From positions 1,472,001 to 1,536,000 of the forward strand of contig OZ245817.1 of the NCBI GenBank assembly GCA_965228475.1: DNA of 64,000 bases, in the 5' to 3' direction. A program made the translations under genes and the position numbers. Source of the stretch: Myxococcota bacterium. GTDB taxonomy: Bacteria > Myxococcota_A > UBA9160 > JAFDDA01. The notes beneath the pieces are model-generated. The model saw only the letters and a list, made by a program, of their open reading frames with translations. It was not told the origin of the DNA and did not search any database. Shown here one piece after another: positions 46,425-55,745 of this stretch; position 1 is the first letter of the stretch; each line of letters opens with the position of its first letter.

Positions 46425-47873
46425 TCAGCGTCCCCCCGCCACGGCGCCGATCGGTTCGCTCGACGGTTCTGGGATGCGGCTCGTTCCCTGCTGGATGGTG
46501 CGGATCACGTTGTAGAACATGATCAGCGCGCCCACGAGGAACACCGCGCCGCCGCCGGCGCGCAGCACGTCGTAGATGCGGATGGCCGACACCGTCTCGA
46601 TGAACGAGTAGGTCAGGCTCCCGTCGTCCTCGTACGCGCGCCACATCAGGCCCTGGGTCACGCCGGACACCCACATCGGCGTCACGTAGAGGAGCACGCC
46701 GATCGTCGCCGTCCAGAAGTGCACCTCCGCCAGCCGCACGCTGTAGAGCGTGGTGTGCCAGAGGCGCGGGATCAGGTAGTAGAGCGTCGCGAAGCAGGTG
46801 AGGCCCACCCAGCCGAGGGCGCCCGAGTGCACGTGGCCGATCGTCCAGTTGGTGAAGTGCGAGAGCGAGTTCACCGTCTTGAGCGACATCATCGGCCCCT
46901 CGAAGGTGCTCATGCCGTAGAAGGTCAGGCCGACGACGAACATCTTGAGGAGCGGGTCGGTGCGCAGCTTGTCCCAGGCGCCGCGCAGGGTGAGCAGGCC
47001 GTTCAGCATCCCGCCCCAGGAGGGCAGGATCAGCATGATCGAGAAGGCGGTCCCGAACGTCTGCGCCCAGTCCGGCAGCGGCGAGTAGATCAGGTGGTGG
47101 GGGCCGGCCCAGATGTAGATGAAGATCAGGGACCAGAAGTGCAGGATCGAGAGCCGGTGCGAGTAGATCGGCCGGCCCGCCTGCTTGGGCAGGAAGTAGT
47201 ACATGAGACCGAGGATGGGCGTCGTCAGCAGGAACCCGACGGCGTTGTGCCCGTACCACCACTGGATGTTCGCGTCGTGGATGCCGGCGTAGATCGAGTA
47301 GGACTTCCACATCGAGACCGGCATCTCGAGGCTGTTGAAGATGTGGAGCATCGCGATGGTCAGGACGGTGGCCAGCCAGAACCAGATCGCCGCGTACATG
47401 CTCTTCTCGCGCCGCTTCGCGAGGGTCCCGAAGAAGTTCACCGCGTAGATCACCCAGACGACGGCGATGGCGATGTCGAGGGGCCACTCGAGCTCCGCGT
47501 ACTCCTTCGAGGTGGTCTTGCCGAGGGTCAGGCTCACGGCCGCCGCGACGATGATCGCGTTCCAACCCCAGAGATTGATGCGCGAGAGCGTGTCGGAGAA
47601 CATCCGGACGCGGCACAGGCGCTGGAGGCCGTAGTAGGACCCGGCGAAGACGACGCCGAGCGTGAAGCCGAAGATCACGGCGTTGGTGTGGATGGGCCGG
47701 AGCCGCCCGAAGTGCAGGATTCCCCAGTTGGTCTCGGGCCAGGCCAGCTGGATGGCCGCGATCAGGCCGACCAACATGCCGACGATGCCCCAGACGAGTG
47801 CCGAGATGGCAAACCCCCGCACCACGGCCATGTCGTACTCGACCGGTCCCTCTTGCGTGACAGCCTCGCTCAA
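46425..47873 (-). CDS. ccoN: cbb3 oxidase subunit I
   Basis: [35 protein letters not shown] and [12 protein letters not shown] start after GGAGGGG. Confidence 0.96.
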   Translation of the reverse strand: MSEAVTQEGPVEYDMAVVRGFAISALVWGIVGMLVGLIAAIQLAWPETNWGILHFGRLRPIHTNAVIFGFTLGVVFAGSYYGLQRLCRVRMFSDTLSRINLWGWNAIIVAAAVSLTLGKTTSKEYAELEWPLDIAIAVVWVIYAVNFFGTLAKRREKSMYAAIWFWLATVLTIAMLHIFNSLEMPVSMWKSYSIYAGIHDANIQWWYGHNAVGFLLTTPILGLMYYFLPKQAGRPIYSHRLSILHFWSLIFIYIWAGPHHLIYSPLPDWAQTFGTAFSIMLILPSWGGMLNGLLTLRGAWDKLRTDPLLKMFVVGLTFYGMSTFEGPMMSLKTVNSLSHFTNWTIGHVHSGALGWVGLTCFATLYYLIPRLWHTTLYSVRLAEVHFWTATIGVLLYVTPMWVSGVTQGLMWRAYEDDGSLTYSFIETVSAIRIYDVLRAGGGAVFLVGALIMFYNVIRTIQQGTSRIPEPSSEPIGAVAGGR

Positions 47874-47926
47874 GATGATCCCCTCCACGGCGCGCGGGCA
47901 GGCCCGCACGGCGTGCCCTGCCGGAT

Positions 47927-47942
47927 TGCAAAGGCAGTACCA
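47927..47942 (-). promoter_or_regulatory. sigma54 promoter of ccoNOQPGHIS
   Basis: Minus strand TGGTACTGCCTTTGCA. Confidence 0.75.
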
Positions 47943-47979
47943 AGGGCGGGGCGAAGGGATGGCTCGCTCCGCACTGCGG

Positions 47980-48027
47980 TGTGCCTTTCTGGCGCAATCG
48001 AGGGGTTTCGAGGGACGAAACGGCACG
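47980..48027. promoter_or_regulatory. Pair of candidate activator (UAS) sites shared by two divergent sigma54 promoters
   Basis: TGTGCC-tttct-GGCGCA (47980-47996) and AGGGAC-gaaac-GGCACG (48011-48027), 31 bp apart. Confidence 0.55.
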
Positions 48028-48065
48028 AACCCGAGGTCGTCGGCCGGAGCTTCGGGCCGTCCCGC

Positions 48066-48081
48066 TGGTACAAAACCTGCT
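48066..48081 (+). promoter_or_regulatory. sigma54 promoter of the hemerythrin gene
   Basis: TGGTACAAAACCTGCT. Confidence 0.7.
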
Positions 48082-48093
48082 CTAAGATGCGGA

Positions 48094-48534
48094 ATGTCCA
48101 GCCGCGAAGATCAGACCGGCCTGCGCCTGCGCATCGACCGCGAGGCGCGCCGCATCTCCTCCCAGCACCGCCAGCTCGATGTCTTCTACGAGCGCGTGAT
48201 CCACTTCCTCACCGGTGGCGACGCCGCCCGCGCCCGCGCCGAGTTCCTCCGGCTCTGCGACGCGCTCGAGGCACACTTCACCGTCGAGGAGCGCATGCAC
48301 TTCCCCGCATTGCACGGCCTGCGTCCCGAGCTCGACGCCGAGCTCGCCGGGCTCGTGGAAGAACACAAGGCGTTTCGCTCGGCGCTCGAAGCGATCACCG
48401 GACATCTCCAAGGCTCGGAGCTCGGCCGGGCTTCCGCGGCCCTCGACCGGCTCGTGGTCGACCTGGCCGCCCACGAAGGGCGCGAGGAGAAGATGGCCGA
48501 GCAGCTCGATCGGTCGCCCGGCGAGACCCGCTGA
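48094..48534 (+). CDS. Hemerythrin-like (HHE cation-binding) protein
   Basis: QH...[11 protein letters not shown]...EH...HEGREE ligand pattern. Confidence 0.85.
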   Translation: MSSREDQTGLRLRIDREARRISSQHRQLDVFYERVIHFLTGGDAARARAEFLRLCDALEAHFTVEERMHFPALHGLRPELDAELAGLVEEHKAFRSALEAITGHLQGSELGRASAALDRLVVDLAAHEGREEKMAEQLDRSPGETR

Positions 48535-48605
48535 CACGCTCCGGGGCCGTTTCGTGACCCTTTGCCCCGTTCGTTCCCGCCGCGAGCGATGAGTTCGCGC
48601 AGGAG

Positions 48606-48621
48606 CGGCACGCTCCTTGCT
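48606..48621 (+). promoter_or_regulatory. sigma54 promoter of the outer-membrane protein gene
   Basis: CGGCACGCTCCTTGCT. Confidence 0.75.
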
Positions 48622-48652
48622 CATGGACATGGCAATCCCAGAGGAGGGTGTC

Positions 48653-49624
48653 ATGTCTCTCAGGCGCATCACTCGCGCAATCGCCGTCATCGTCTTGTTC
48701 GCCGCCAACCCGGTATCGGCCGCGGCCCCCGAAGACTGTCCCAAGTGGTTCCCCGACTTCCGGTGTGACCGGGCCCCGCGCTACGAGGGATTCGTCATGC
48801 CCATGACGGCGCCCTACCTCTTCGAGGAGCCCTTCGTGAACTCGGGCTTCGCGCTGCAGTACGTGCACCACGACTTCCCGGACGACTCGGTCCTCGACGG
48901 CGGGTACGCCTCGGTGCTGGCGCTCCAGGCGCGGGTCGCGATCACCGACCGCCTGGCCTTCATCGCCACCAAGGACGGCTACACCTGGCTTCGGCCGGGC
49001 CACCGCCTCCTGCGCGACCAGCAGGGATTCTTCGACATCACGGCGGGCTTCAAGTACGTCCTGATCGATCGGCCCGAGGACAACTTCATCCTCACGCCGA
49101 GCCTCCGCTTCGAGGTGCCGACGGGCAGCTCGGACGTCTTCTCCGGAAACGGCAACGGCGTGGCGATCCCGGGCGTGTCCTGGGGCTGGGGCCTCGGGAA
49201 CTTCCACATCCTCGGGAACCTCGGCGGGCAGATCCCCTTCGACCGCGGGGACGAGAGCACGTCGCTCTTCTACAACTTCCACTTCGACTACGGCGTCCAC
49301 AAACACTTCGTGCCCTTCATGGAGCTGAACGGCCAGCACTGGACCGACAGCGGCACCGGCGGCTTCCGCGTGCGCACCCGGGTCGGGACGCTGCCGCTTC
49401 GCACCATCCAGAACCTGCTCGGGAACGGCCGCGGCGACGGCAACGACGTGGTGAACCTGGGCTCCCAGGGCGTGGACGGGAACAACATCGTGACGCTGGC
49501 CTTCGGCGCCCGGATCCCGCTGACGAAGCACGTGCACGCGGGCTTCGCCTACGAGTTCCCGGTGACGTCGCGGGAAGATCTCTTCCAGCAACGCGGGCAG
49601 GTCTCCCTGAACTACGAGTTCTAG
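48653..49624 (+). CDS. Putative outer-membrane beta-barrel protein
   Basis: GAGGAGG RBS, signal peptide, amphipathic beta strands and a C-terminal VSLNYEF BAM-type signal. Confidence 0.75.
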   Translation: MSLRRITRAIAVIVLFAANPVSAAAPEDCPKWFPDFRCDRAPRYEGFVMPMTAPYLFEEPFVNSGFALQYVHHDFPDDSVLDGGYASVLALQARVAITDRLAFIATKDGYTWLRPGHRLLRDQQGFFDITAGFKYVLIDRPEDNFILTPSLRFEVPTGSSDVFSGNGNGVAIPGVSWGWGLGNFHILGNLGGQIPFDRGDESTSLFYNFHFDYGVHKHFVPFMELNGQHWTDSGTGGFRVRTRVGTLPLRTIQNLLGNGRGDGNDVVNLGSQGVDGNNIVTLAFGARIPLTKHVHAGFAYEFPVTSREDLFQQRGQVSLNYEF

Positions 49625-49673
49625 GTCCGCGGCGGCCGGGGCCGCCGGATTCGAGCTTCGTTATCGTCGGCCG

Positions 49674-50183
49674 GTGTCGGAGATCCGCCTTCCGAAACAG
49701 ATCGAACCCGCGTGCGCGGACCGGCTCGTCGCCGCCTTTCGGGCGAGCGAGCGGCAGCTCTGGGACCGCGGGAGCCTGTCCGTTCCGGATGCGCGCCTGA
49801 CCGCGCGGGTCCGCGAGGCCCTCGCTTCGGCCCGGGCGGCCAGCCGACTCCTGCGCGGATTCGAGGCCGCGGAGCGGGCCCTCGACGCGGAGGCACGCGG
49901 GCAGCGCCGCGTCGATCGCAAGACCGGCGTCGCGCGTGGCGGCCGCGTCTCCCGGCTGCTCCTGCTCGCGGACGATGGCTCCGAGCGGTTCTACCGCAAC
50001 GCGGAGTCGCTTCTCCTGCGTCACGAACCGCGCGTCCTCGCGATGCGCTTCGCGGCCGACCAGAACGAGCTCGGCGAGCTGTGTTTCGGACCCGGGCACG
50101 TGGCCCGGGCGTTGCTGGTCGAGCACAAGGACGCGGTGGCGGACGTCCTGGTGGCCATGGACGAAGACCGGGATGTTGCCTGA
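49674..50183 (+). CDS. Hypothetical protein, possibly L7Ae/L30e-like fold
   Basis: RLLRGFEAAERAL...RLLLLADDGS...NELGEL pattern. Confidence 0.55.
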   Translation: MSEIRLPKQIEPACADRLVAAFRASERQLWDRGSLSVPDARLTARVREALASARAASRLLRGFEAAERALDAEARGQRRVDRKTGVARGGRVSRLLLLADDGSERFYRNAESLLLRHEPRVLAMRFAADQNELGELCFGPGHVARALLVEHKDAVADVLVAMDEDRDVA

Positions 50184-50544
50184 TCTCGCGCCCGAGCTGA
50201 CCGGGGCCGAGCGCCGGGTCCTCGAGGAACGTCTCCGGGCGCTTCGGGAGGAGCTCGCGGAAGCGCTCGAGGGCGCCGGCGAAGCCTCGAAGCCGGTGGA
50301 TCTCGACGAGCCGATCGGCCGCGTCTCCCGGATCGATGCGATCCAGCAGCAGCAGATGGCGCGCGCCGGGCGGGAGGGCCTCGTGCTGCGCGCGAAGCAG
50401 GTCCAGGCGGCGCTACTCCGCATCGAGGCGGGGACCTACGGGGAGTGCCTGGCCTGCGAGGAGCCCGTCGGCTTCGCACGGCTCTCGGCGCGGCCGGAGA
50501 CGCCCTTCTGCATCGCCTGCCAGGCGCGGCGCGAGCGGCGCTGA
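50173..50544 (+). CDS. TraR/DksA family C4 zinc-finger protein
   Basis: Coiled coil with tip DEPIGRVSRIDAIQQQQM; GTYGECLACEEPVGFARLSARPETPFCIACQ. Confidence 0.88.
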   Translation: MLPDLAPELTGAERRVLEERLRALREELAEALEGAGEASKPVDLDEPIGRVSRIDAIQQQQMARAGREGLVLRAKQVQAALLRIEAGTYGECLACEEPVGFARLSARPETPFCIACQARRERR

Positions 50545-50557
50545 GTCTCCGTCGTTT

Positions 50558-51169
50558 CTAGGGTCGGGGCGTTGCCGGCGCGATCACACCATGGAGCAGG
50601 GTCTCGATCACGGTGTCGACCCGCCGCACGCTCACCTCGGCATCGGCGCGCTCGAGCACGAGCAGGGTGTAGGAGACGAACACTTCGGAGATCACGTGGG
50701 CCATGTCCTCGACGGGCAGGTCGGCGCGCACGTCTCCGCGGCGCACGCCCGCCTCGAGGATCTGGGCGATCAGCCGGGGGAGGAGGGCGCGGCCTTCGTC
50801 GAGCACGTCCCCGATGAGGAACCGCACGAGCCCGGCGTCGCGGAGCAGGATGCCGCGCAGCACCGTGCGCGTGCGGGCGAACTCGAGGCAGGCCGCGAGT
50901 ACGAGGCGGATCGTGTGTGCCGTGCCCGGGGTCGTTCGCGCGGCCTCCGCGGCGAGCACCTCGTTCCACTCCTGGAAGACGCGCGCGGCGACCCGGGCGA
51001 ACAGGCCCGGCTTGTCTTCGAAGTAGCGGTAAACCAGCGGCCGCGAGACCTCGGCTGCGGCGGCGACGTCCTCGAGGGTGGTCTTGCGGTAGCCACGCTC
51101 GCCGAAGATCGCCTCGGCGGCGTCGAGAATGGCCCCGTAGCTCGGCGGGCGGCGCGCTTCCTCAGACAT
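50558..51169 (-). CDS. TetR family regulator
   Basis: ILDAAEAIFGERGYRKTTLEDVAAAAEVSRPLVYRYFEDK. Confidence 0.92.
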   Translation of the reverse strand: MSEEARRPPSYGAILDAAEAIFGERGYRKTTLEDVAAAAEVSRPLVYRYFEDKPGLFARVAARVFQEWNEVLAAEAARTTPGTAHTIRLVLAACLEFARTRTVLRGILLRDAGLVRFLIGDVLDEGRALLPRLIAQILEAGVRRGDVRADLPVEDMAHVISEVFVSYTLLVLERADAEVSVRRVDTVIETLLHGVIAPATPRP

Positions 51170-51236
51170 ACCGGGGGTTTCTTCTGACAGACTTTTCGTC
51201 AACAAACTCGCCCTCAAGGCGCTCAGGAGGTGTATT

Positions 51237-51257
51237 TTGGTGACGAATCATCATCAA
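51237..51257. promoter_or_regulatory. Imperfect palindrome, candidate TetR operator
   Basis: TTGGTGACGAATCATCATCAA (16/21 symmetric) between the divergent tetR and oxidoreductase genes; a related TGAC-N9-GTCA lies at 51185-51201. Confidence 0.55.
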
Positions 51258-51282
51258 CTTGTATACACGAGTGGAGACCCGA

Positions 51283-52674
51283 ATGGCGAGCGATTCCTAC
51301 GACGTGATCATCGTGGGCGGTGGGATGGGCGGCCTGAACCTGGCGGCGCTCCTGGCCAAGGAGGGCCGGCGGGTGCTCGTCCTCGAGAAGGGCCCCCGCT
51401 CCCAGCTCGGCGGCCGGGCCGCGAGCGGCCGCGTCGGCAGCGCCGCCGTCGACAACGGCATCAAGGGTCTGATCATGGTCGGGAGCCAGGACGAGATCTT
51501 CCGCCGCATCGGCAAGACGATGCCGGAGAACGTCTGCCGCTGGACGAGCTCGGGCCAGGTCCACATGAACGGCGAGTGGCGCGACCTCGACAAGCTGATC
51601 CGGGGTTCGCTCGGCGAGTTCGTGAAGCTCTACGTGGAGACCGCGAAGGACTGGAGCTACGAGGAGCTCGAAGCGATCGAGGACGTCTCGATCGAGCAGT
51701 TCGTCCAGGAGCGCACGGACGACCCGGGCGTGATCGACTTCTTCCGCTACCTCGGCTGGCTGTTCGGCGGCACGCGTGCGATCCCGAACGACTTCTCCGC
51801 CGGGGCGCTCTTCTACAGCGTGAAGAAGCAGTACGAGGTGCACGGACACTTCCCGTCGCAGTCCTACTGGGTGAAGGGCGGGAGCGGCGCCATCGCGGGG
51901 CCGCTCATCGAGGCGATCGAGGAGAATGGCGGCGAGATCCGCACGGAGGCGTCGGTCTCACGCATCCTCATCGAACGCGGCCGCGCGCGCGGCGTGGCCC
52001 TCGACGCGAGCCCTCGGCGCGTGCCGACGGAGCTGCCTGAAGCCGAGATCCTCGAGGCGCCCGTCGTGGTGAGCGCCGTCGCCATCTGGGACATCTTCAA
52101 CGTTCTCGACGAAGACGACCTCTCGCCCTGGTACGCGGATCGCCTGCGTCACACCCACCGCAAGGTCGAGAACGATCTCACGCTCACCTTCGGCCACGAC
52201 GACCCGGATCTCTGGGACCACACCGGGATTCGCTGGGTCCAGGAGGGGCCGGTCTCGGGCCGCCCCTGGAGTGCCAGCTCCCTCGAATACTCGGACGATC
52301 CGAACGAGTACCAGGTGACGTTCTGGATGCAGCTCGGCTGGTGGGAGAAGCCGAACTACTTCCAGATCCGCGAGGCGAGCCATCGCAAGGCGCTCGAGGA
52401 GCTGTTCGAGGCCTGGGAGGGCGACGTTCGTGCGCTCTTCCCCGGCGTCGTGGAGAAGGCCCATTGGCGCCTGCGCTCCTTCGGTCCGGCGACCCTGATC
52501 GAGACGCCCGGCAACGTCGGGCGCAACCTCGTGGACGTGAAGGCCGAAGGCGTCGAGGGCCTCTACCTCGTCGGCGAGCGGACGAGTGCCGCCAAGGTGA
52601 TGGGCGTCTACGGGGCGGCGCAGACGGCGCTCGAAGCGGCGCGGCTGATCCTCGAAGACGCGCCGCGCCGCTAG
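51283..52674 (+). CDS. FAD-dependent oxidoreductase (phytoene desaturase-like)
   Basis: VGGGMGG...VLEK...GGRA, KGGSGAI and EGLYLVGE. Confidence 0.85.
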   Translation: MASDSYDVIIVGGGMGGLNLAALLAKEGRRVLVLEKGPRSQLGGRAASGRVGSAAVDNGIKGLIMVGSQDEIFRRIGKTMPENVCRWTSSGQVHMNGEWRDLDKLIRGSLGEFVKLYVETAKDWSYEELEAIEDVSIEQFVQERTDDPGVIDFFRYLGWLFGGTRAIPNDFSAGALFYSVKKQYEVHGHFPSQSYWVKGGSGAIAGPLIEAIEENGGEIRTEASVSRILIERGRARGVALDASPRRVPTELPEAEILEAPVVVSAVAIWDIFNVLDEDDLSPWYADRLRHTHRKVENDLTLTFGHDDPDLWDHTGIRWVQEGPVSGRPWSASSLEYSDDPNEYQVTFWMQLGWWEKPNYFQIREASHRKALEELFEAWEGDVRALFPGVVEKAHWRLRSFGPATLIETPGNVGRNLVDVKAEGVEGLYLVGERTSAAKVMGVYGAAQTALEAARLILEDAPRR

Positions 52675-52751
52675 TGGCTCCGCCTGGGACGATCCGGAGC
52701 CGCCCGGCGCGCTAGGATCCGGCGCCGCTGCGGGGCGGTTCGGGAGAGAGC

Positions 52752-53852
52752 GTGGTCGCGAGCGTGCAGCCGGAAAAGTCCGCCGCCGGAGGGCGAATCG
52801 AAGCCTTCGACGGTCTGCGCGGCTACGCGGCGCTGACGGTCGCCATCTCCCACTGCCTGACGGCGGTGGCGCTCTCCGCCGAGGAGCGCTGGCTCGTCGC
52901 GGACACGCCGTTGGCGGTCTTCCTGCGGCCGGCCGGGGCGGTGCAGCTCTTCTTCGTGCTCTCGGGCTACGTGCTGGCCTTCTCGCTCTCCCGCGGCGGA
53001 GGACTCGCGGACGTCGGCGTCTACTACGCGCGGCGCGTGTTCCGCATCTACCTTCCCTATGCGGCGGCCCTCGGGGTCGCCTGGCTCGCGGCGTTCCAGT
53101 ACCCCGTCACGCCGCCGGGCCAGGGCCTCACGCGTTGGATCCGGAACTACGCGGGGATCCACGTCGACGCCGCCGCACTCCCGGGCTTTCTCTGGCTCCC
53201 GAGCATGGCCGGCGGACAGCTGCCCGTCGGCTGGTCCCTGCGGGTCGAGGTGATCTTCTCGCTGCTCCTCCCGCTCATGTTGCTGTTGGCGCGCCGCCTC
53301 CACTGGGCGCTGCTCGTGCCGCTCGCGCTGGCCGCGGTCTCCTGGGGGAACAGCCTGCAGACGCCGCGCTTCGCCCTCGACTTCACCCTGGGGATCATCG
53401 TCTTCCTCGAACGGGAACGGCTGGCGGCGCTGGTCGCGCGGATCCCGAAGCCGGTCGTACCGCTCTGCGTCGCCGCGGCGGCGATGCTCTTCGCCTTTCC
53501 GGGCGGGCTCGGCCCGGTCTCCGGAAGCGACCTCGAGGTCGTGGCGATGGGTCTCGGGAACGCCGCGCTGCTCCTGTTCGTGGCGGAGGTGCCCTGGCTC
53601 GGCGCGCTGTTCGCGAGCCGCCCGATGGTCTTTCTCGGGCGGGTCTCGTACAGCCTCTATCTGCTGCACTTCACGGTGCTGATCCTGCTGGCGCCGCACC
53701 TCGTGGGCCGCCAGCCGACGCTCCTCGACGGAGCGATCCTGACCGTCGCGGTTCTCGCGGTCTCTTTGGTGGCCTCGGAGATCTTCTACCGCGTCGTCGA
53801 GCGTCCCTCGATCGACATCGGTCACGCGCTCTCGCGGCGGCTGCGGGGCTAG
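52752..53852 (+). CDS. Acyltransferase family 3 (OafA-like membrane O-acyltransferase)
   Basis: FDGLRGYAAL, FFVLSGY, RRVFRIY, WSLRVE, GRVSYSLYLLH and VERP. Confidence 0.9.
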   Translation: MVASVQPEKSAAGGRIEAFDGLRGYAALTVAISHCLTAVALSAEERWLVADTPLAVFLRPAGAVQLFFVLSGYVLAFSLSRGGGLADVGVYYARRVFRIYLPYAAALGVAWLAAFQYPVTPPGQGLTRWIRNYAGIHVDAAALPGFLWLPSMAGGQLPVGWSLRVEVIFSLLLPLMLLLARRLHWALLVPLALAAVSWGNSLQTPRFALDFTLGIIVFLERERLAALVARIPKPVVPLCVAAAAMLFAFPGGLGPVSGSDLEVVAMGLGNAALLLFVAEVPWLGALFASRPMVFLGRVSYSLYLLHFTVLILLAPHLVGRQPTLLDGAILTVAVLAVSLVASEIFYRVVERPSIDIGHALSRRLRG

Positions 53853-53865
53853 ACCGGGCGGCGGC

Positions 53866-54609
53866 CTACTTCTTGCCGCCGTAGCTCGAGCCCGGCCCGT
53901 AGCTCTTGCCCTTGCTCCCGCCGAGGGGCGGCGTCGGGTGGCTCGGGATCTCCGGAATGCTCGGGATGTCGGGCAGGAGCCCGCGCTGGCCGGGGTTGCT
54001 CGTCGGGAGGCCCTGGTCCTGGGCGTTGAGCGGCGCCTTCTTCTTGGCGGCCCCCGCGGCCTTCTTCCGGGCCGCCTTCTTGCCGCTGCCCCTGGGCGGT
54101 GCGCTCCCCGCGCCGCCCTTGCCCTCGGCGTTCTTCGGATTGACCGTGCCCTTGCCCTTGCGGATGTCGCGCTTGCCCCACTGGACGTCGTCGAGGTCGA
54201 TCTTGCCGTCCTCGTTCTTGACCTTGAGCTTGCCCTTCACCTTCGTCTTCTTCACGGTGATGTTGTTCTTCCCGAGCTCGTCCTTGACTTCGACGTCCTT
54301 CGGGCCGGAGAGACCCCGCACCTCGACGTTGTCGTCGCCGCCGCGCAGGTTGACCTTGAGCTTCCCCGTCACCTTCTTGCCGGTGGTGTGGCTCTTGCCG
54401 CCGTTCACCTTCGTCGTGCCGTTGCCCTTCACGGTGATCGTGCCGTTCTTGTTCTGGGTGATGGTGACGTCGTCCTTGCCGGCGCCGCCGTTGACGCGCA
54501 GGCCGCCCTTGCCGTCGACCTGGCCGACCTGGACGTCCGCCAGGGCGGGCGCCCCCAGGAGCAGTGCGAGGCTCATCCAAAAAGCGAAGTGTGCATGGGC
54601 TCGGCTCAT
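53866..54609 (-). CDS. Exported Lys-rich protein with beta-solenoid-like repeats
   Basis: Signal peptide ending PALA; strand-like repeats (GKDDVTIT, GKLKVNLRGGDDNVEV, GKLKVKN); KKAA-rich linker and Pro-rich tail. Confidence 0.75.
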   Translation of the reverse strand: MSRAHAHFAFWMSLALLLGAPALADVQVGQVDGKGGLRVNGGAGKDDVTITQNKNGTITVKGNGTTKVNGGKSHTTGKKVTGKLKVNLRGGDDNVEVRGLSGPKDVEVKDELGKNNITVKKTKVKGKLKVKNEDGKIDLDDVQWGKRDIRKGKGTVNPKNAEGKGGAGSAPPRGSGKKAARKKAAGAAKKKAPLNAQDQGLPTSNPGQRGLLPDIPSIPEIPSHPTPPLGGSKGKSYGPGSSYGGKK

Positions 54610-54702
54610 GGGATCCCCCGCGGTGGTCGAGAACATCGCGCGCCGGCGCTCGCGAACAGGGAGAGCATCGCGTCTCCATGGCCGCTCGTCTACCGTTCGG
54701 CC

Positions 54703-55740
54703 ATGCGCCGCTTCGCCGCCATCGTTCTCGCCCTCGTCGCGACGCTGGCGCTCCTCGAGCTGGGGGCGATCGCCCTGGCTCGCTCGGACGTCCTGGTCGT
54801 GCCGCGTCCGCATCACGGGAACACCGGTTTCTGGTGGCACGATCACCCCACCTTCGGTGCCTGGCACCATCCGGACAGTGAGGGCGATCACAACGGCGCC
54901 TGCTACAAGGCCCGCTACGAGACGAACGACGTCGGCGCCCGGGACGTCGATCGCCCCGAGCGCGCGGCGTCGCGCCGGGTGGTGGTGCTGGGCGACTCCT
55001 TCCTCGAGGGCTACGGCGTCAACGCCGAGAACCGCTTCTCGAACCTGCTCGAGCGCGAGACCGGCGTCCCGCACCTGAACTTCGCCATGGCGGGCTTCGG
55101 GCCGTACCAGCAGCTCCTCGTCTACGAGGCGCTCGCGAAGCGCTACGACCACGAGGCCGTGATCGTCTCGATCTTTCCCGGGAACGACTTCGCGGATCTC
55201 GACCCCCGCGAGTGCGCGGCCCTCGGAGACCCGGACTACTGCTATCGGCCGTTCCTGGTGGACTCGGGGGATGGGTTCGAGCATCACGTGCGGCGGGAGT
55301 CGGGGCTTCGCAGGCAGCTGCGTCTGCACAGCCAGGCGTGGAACGCCCTCGCGGCGGTCGCGCGCGGTCGCGCTGCGCAGGAGGCCGGCGGGACGGGCTC
55401 GCGCTTCTACGACTTCGCGGCGGAGAACCAGGCGGTGCTCGAGGCGGTGCTCGATCGCTTCGTGACGGCGGCCGCGGGCAAGGAGCTCGTCCTGCTGCTC
55501 ATCCCGAAGGCGTCCGATCTCGCGGCCTTCCTCGAGCGCGGGCCCGCACCGCTCTCGGGCTGGCTCGCCGGCTGGGCCGAGCGCAACGGCGCCGCGCTCG
55601 TGGACCTCCTCCCCGCGATGGCGCAGCACTCCCGCCGCTGGGACCCGTACTACCTGGCCTGCGACTTTCACTGGAGTCCGTACGGGAACCGCGTCGCGAG
55701 CGAACTCTTCTTGAAGCAGCTCGCGGGCTGGGGCGGCTAG
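54703..55740 (+). CDS. SGNH/GDSL hydrolase-like exported protein
   Basis: N-terminal TM helix; VLGDSF, GND and DFHW blocks. Confidence 0.82.
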   Translation: MRRFAAIVLALVATLALLELGAIALARSDVLVVPRPHHGNTGFWWHDHPTFGAWHHPDSEGDHNGACYKARYETNDVGARDVDRPERAASRRVVVLGDSFLEGYGVNAENRFSNLLERETGVPHLNFAMAGFGPYQQLLVYEALAKRYDHEAVIVSIFPGNDFADLDPRECAALGDPDYCYRPFLVDSGDGFEHHVRRESGLRRQLRLHSQAWNALAAVARGRAAQEAGGTGSRFYDFAAENQAVLEAVLDRFVTAAAGKELVLLLIPKASDLAAFLERGPAPLSGWLAGWAERNGAALVDLLPAMAQHSRRWDPYYLACDFHWSPYGNRVASELFLKQLAGWGG

Positions 55741-55745
55741 CCCGC

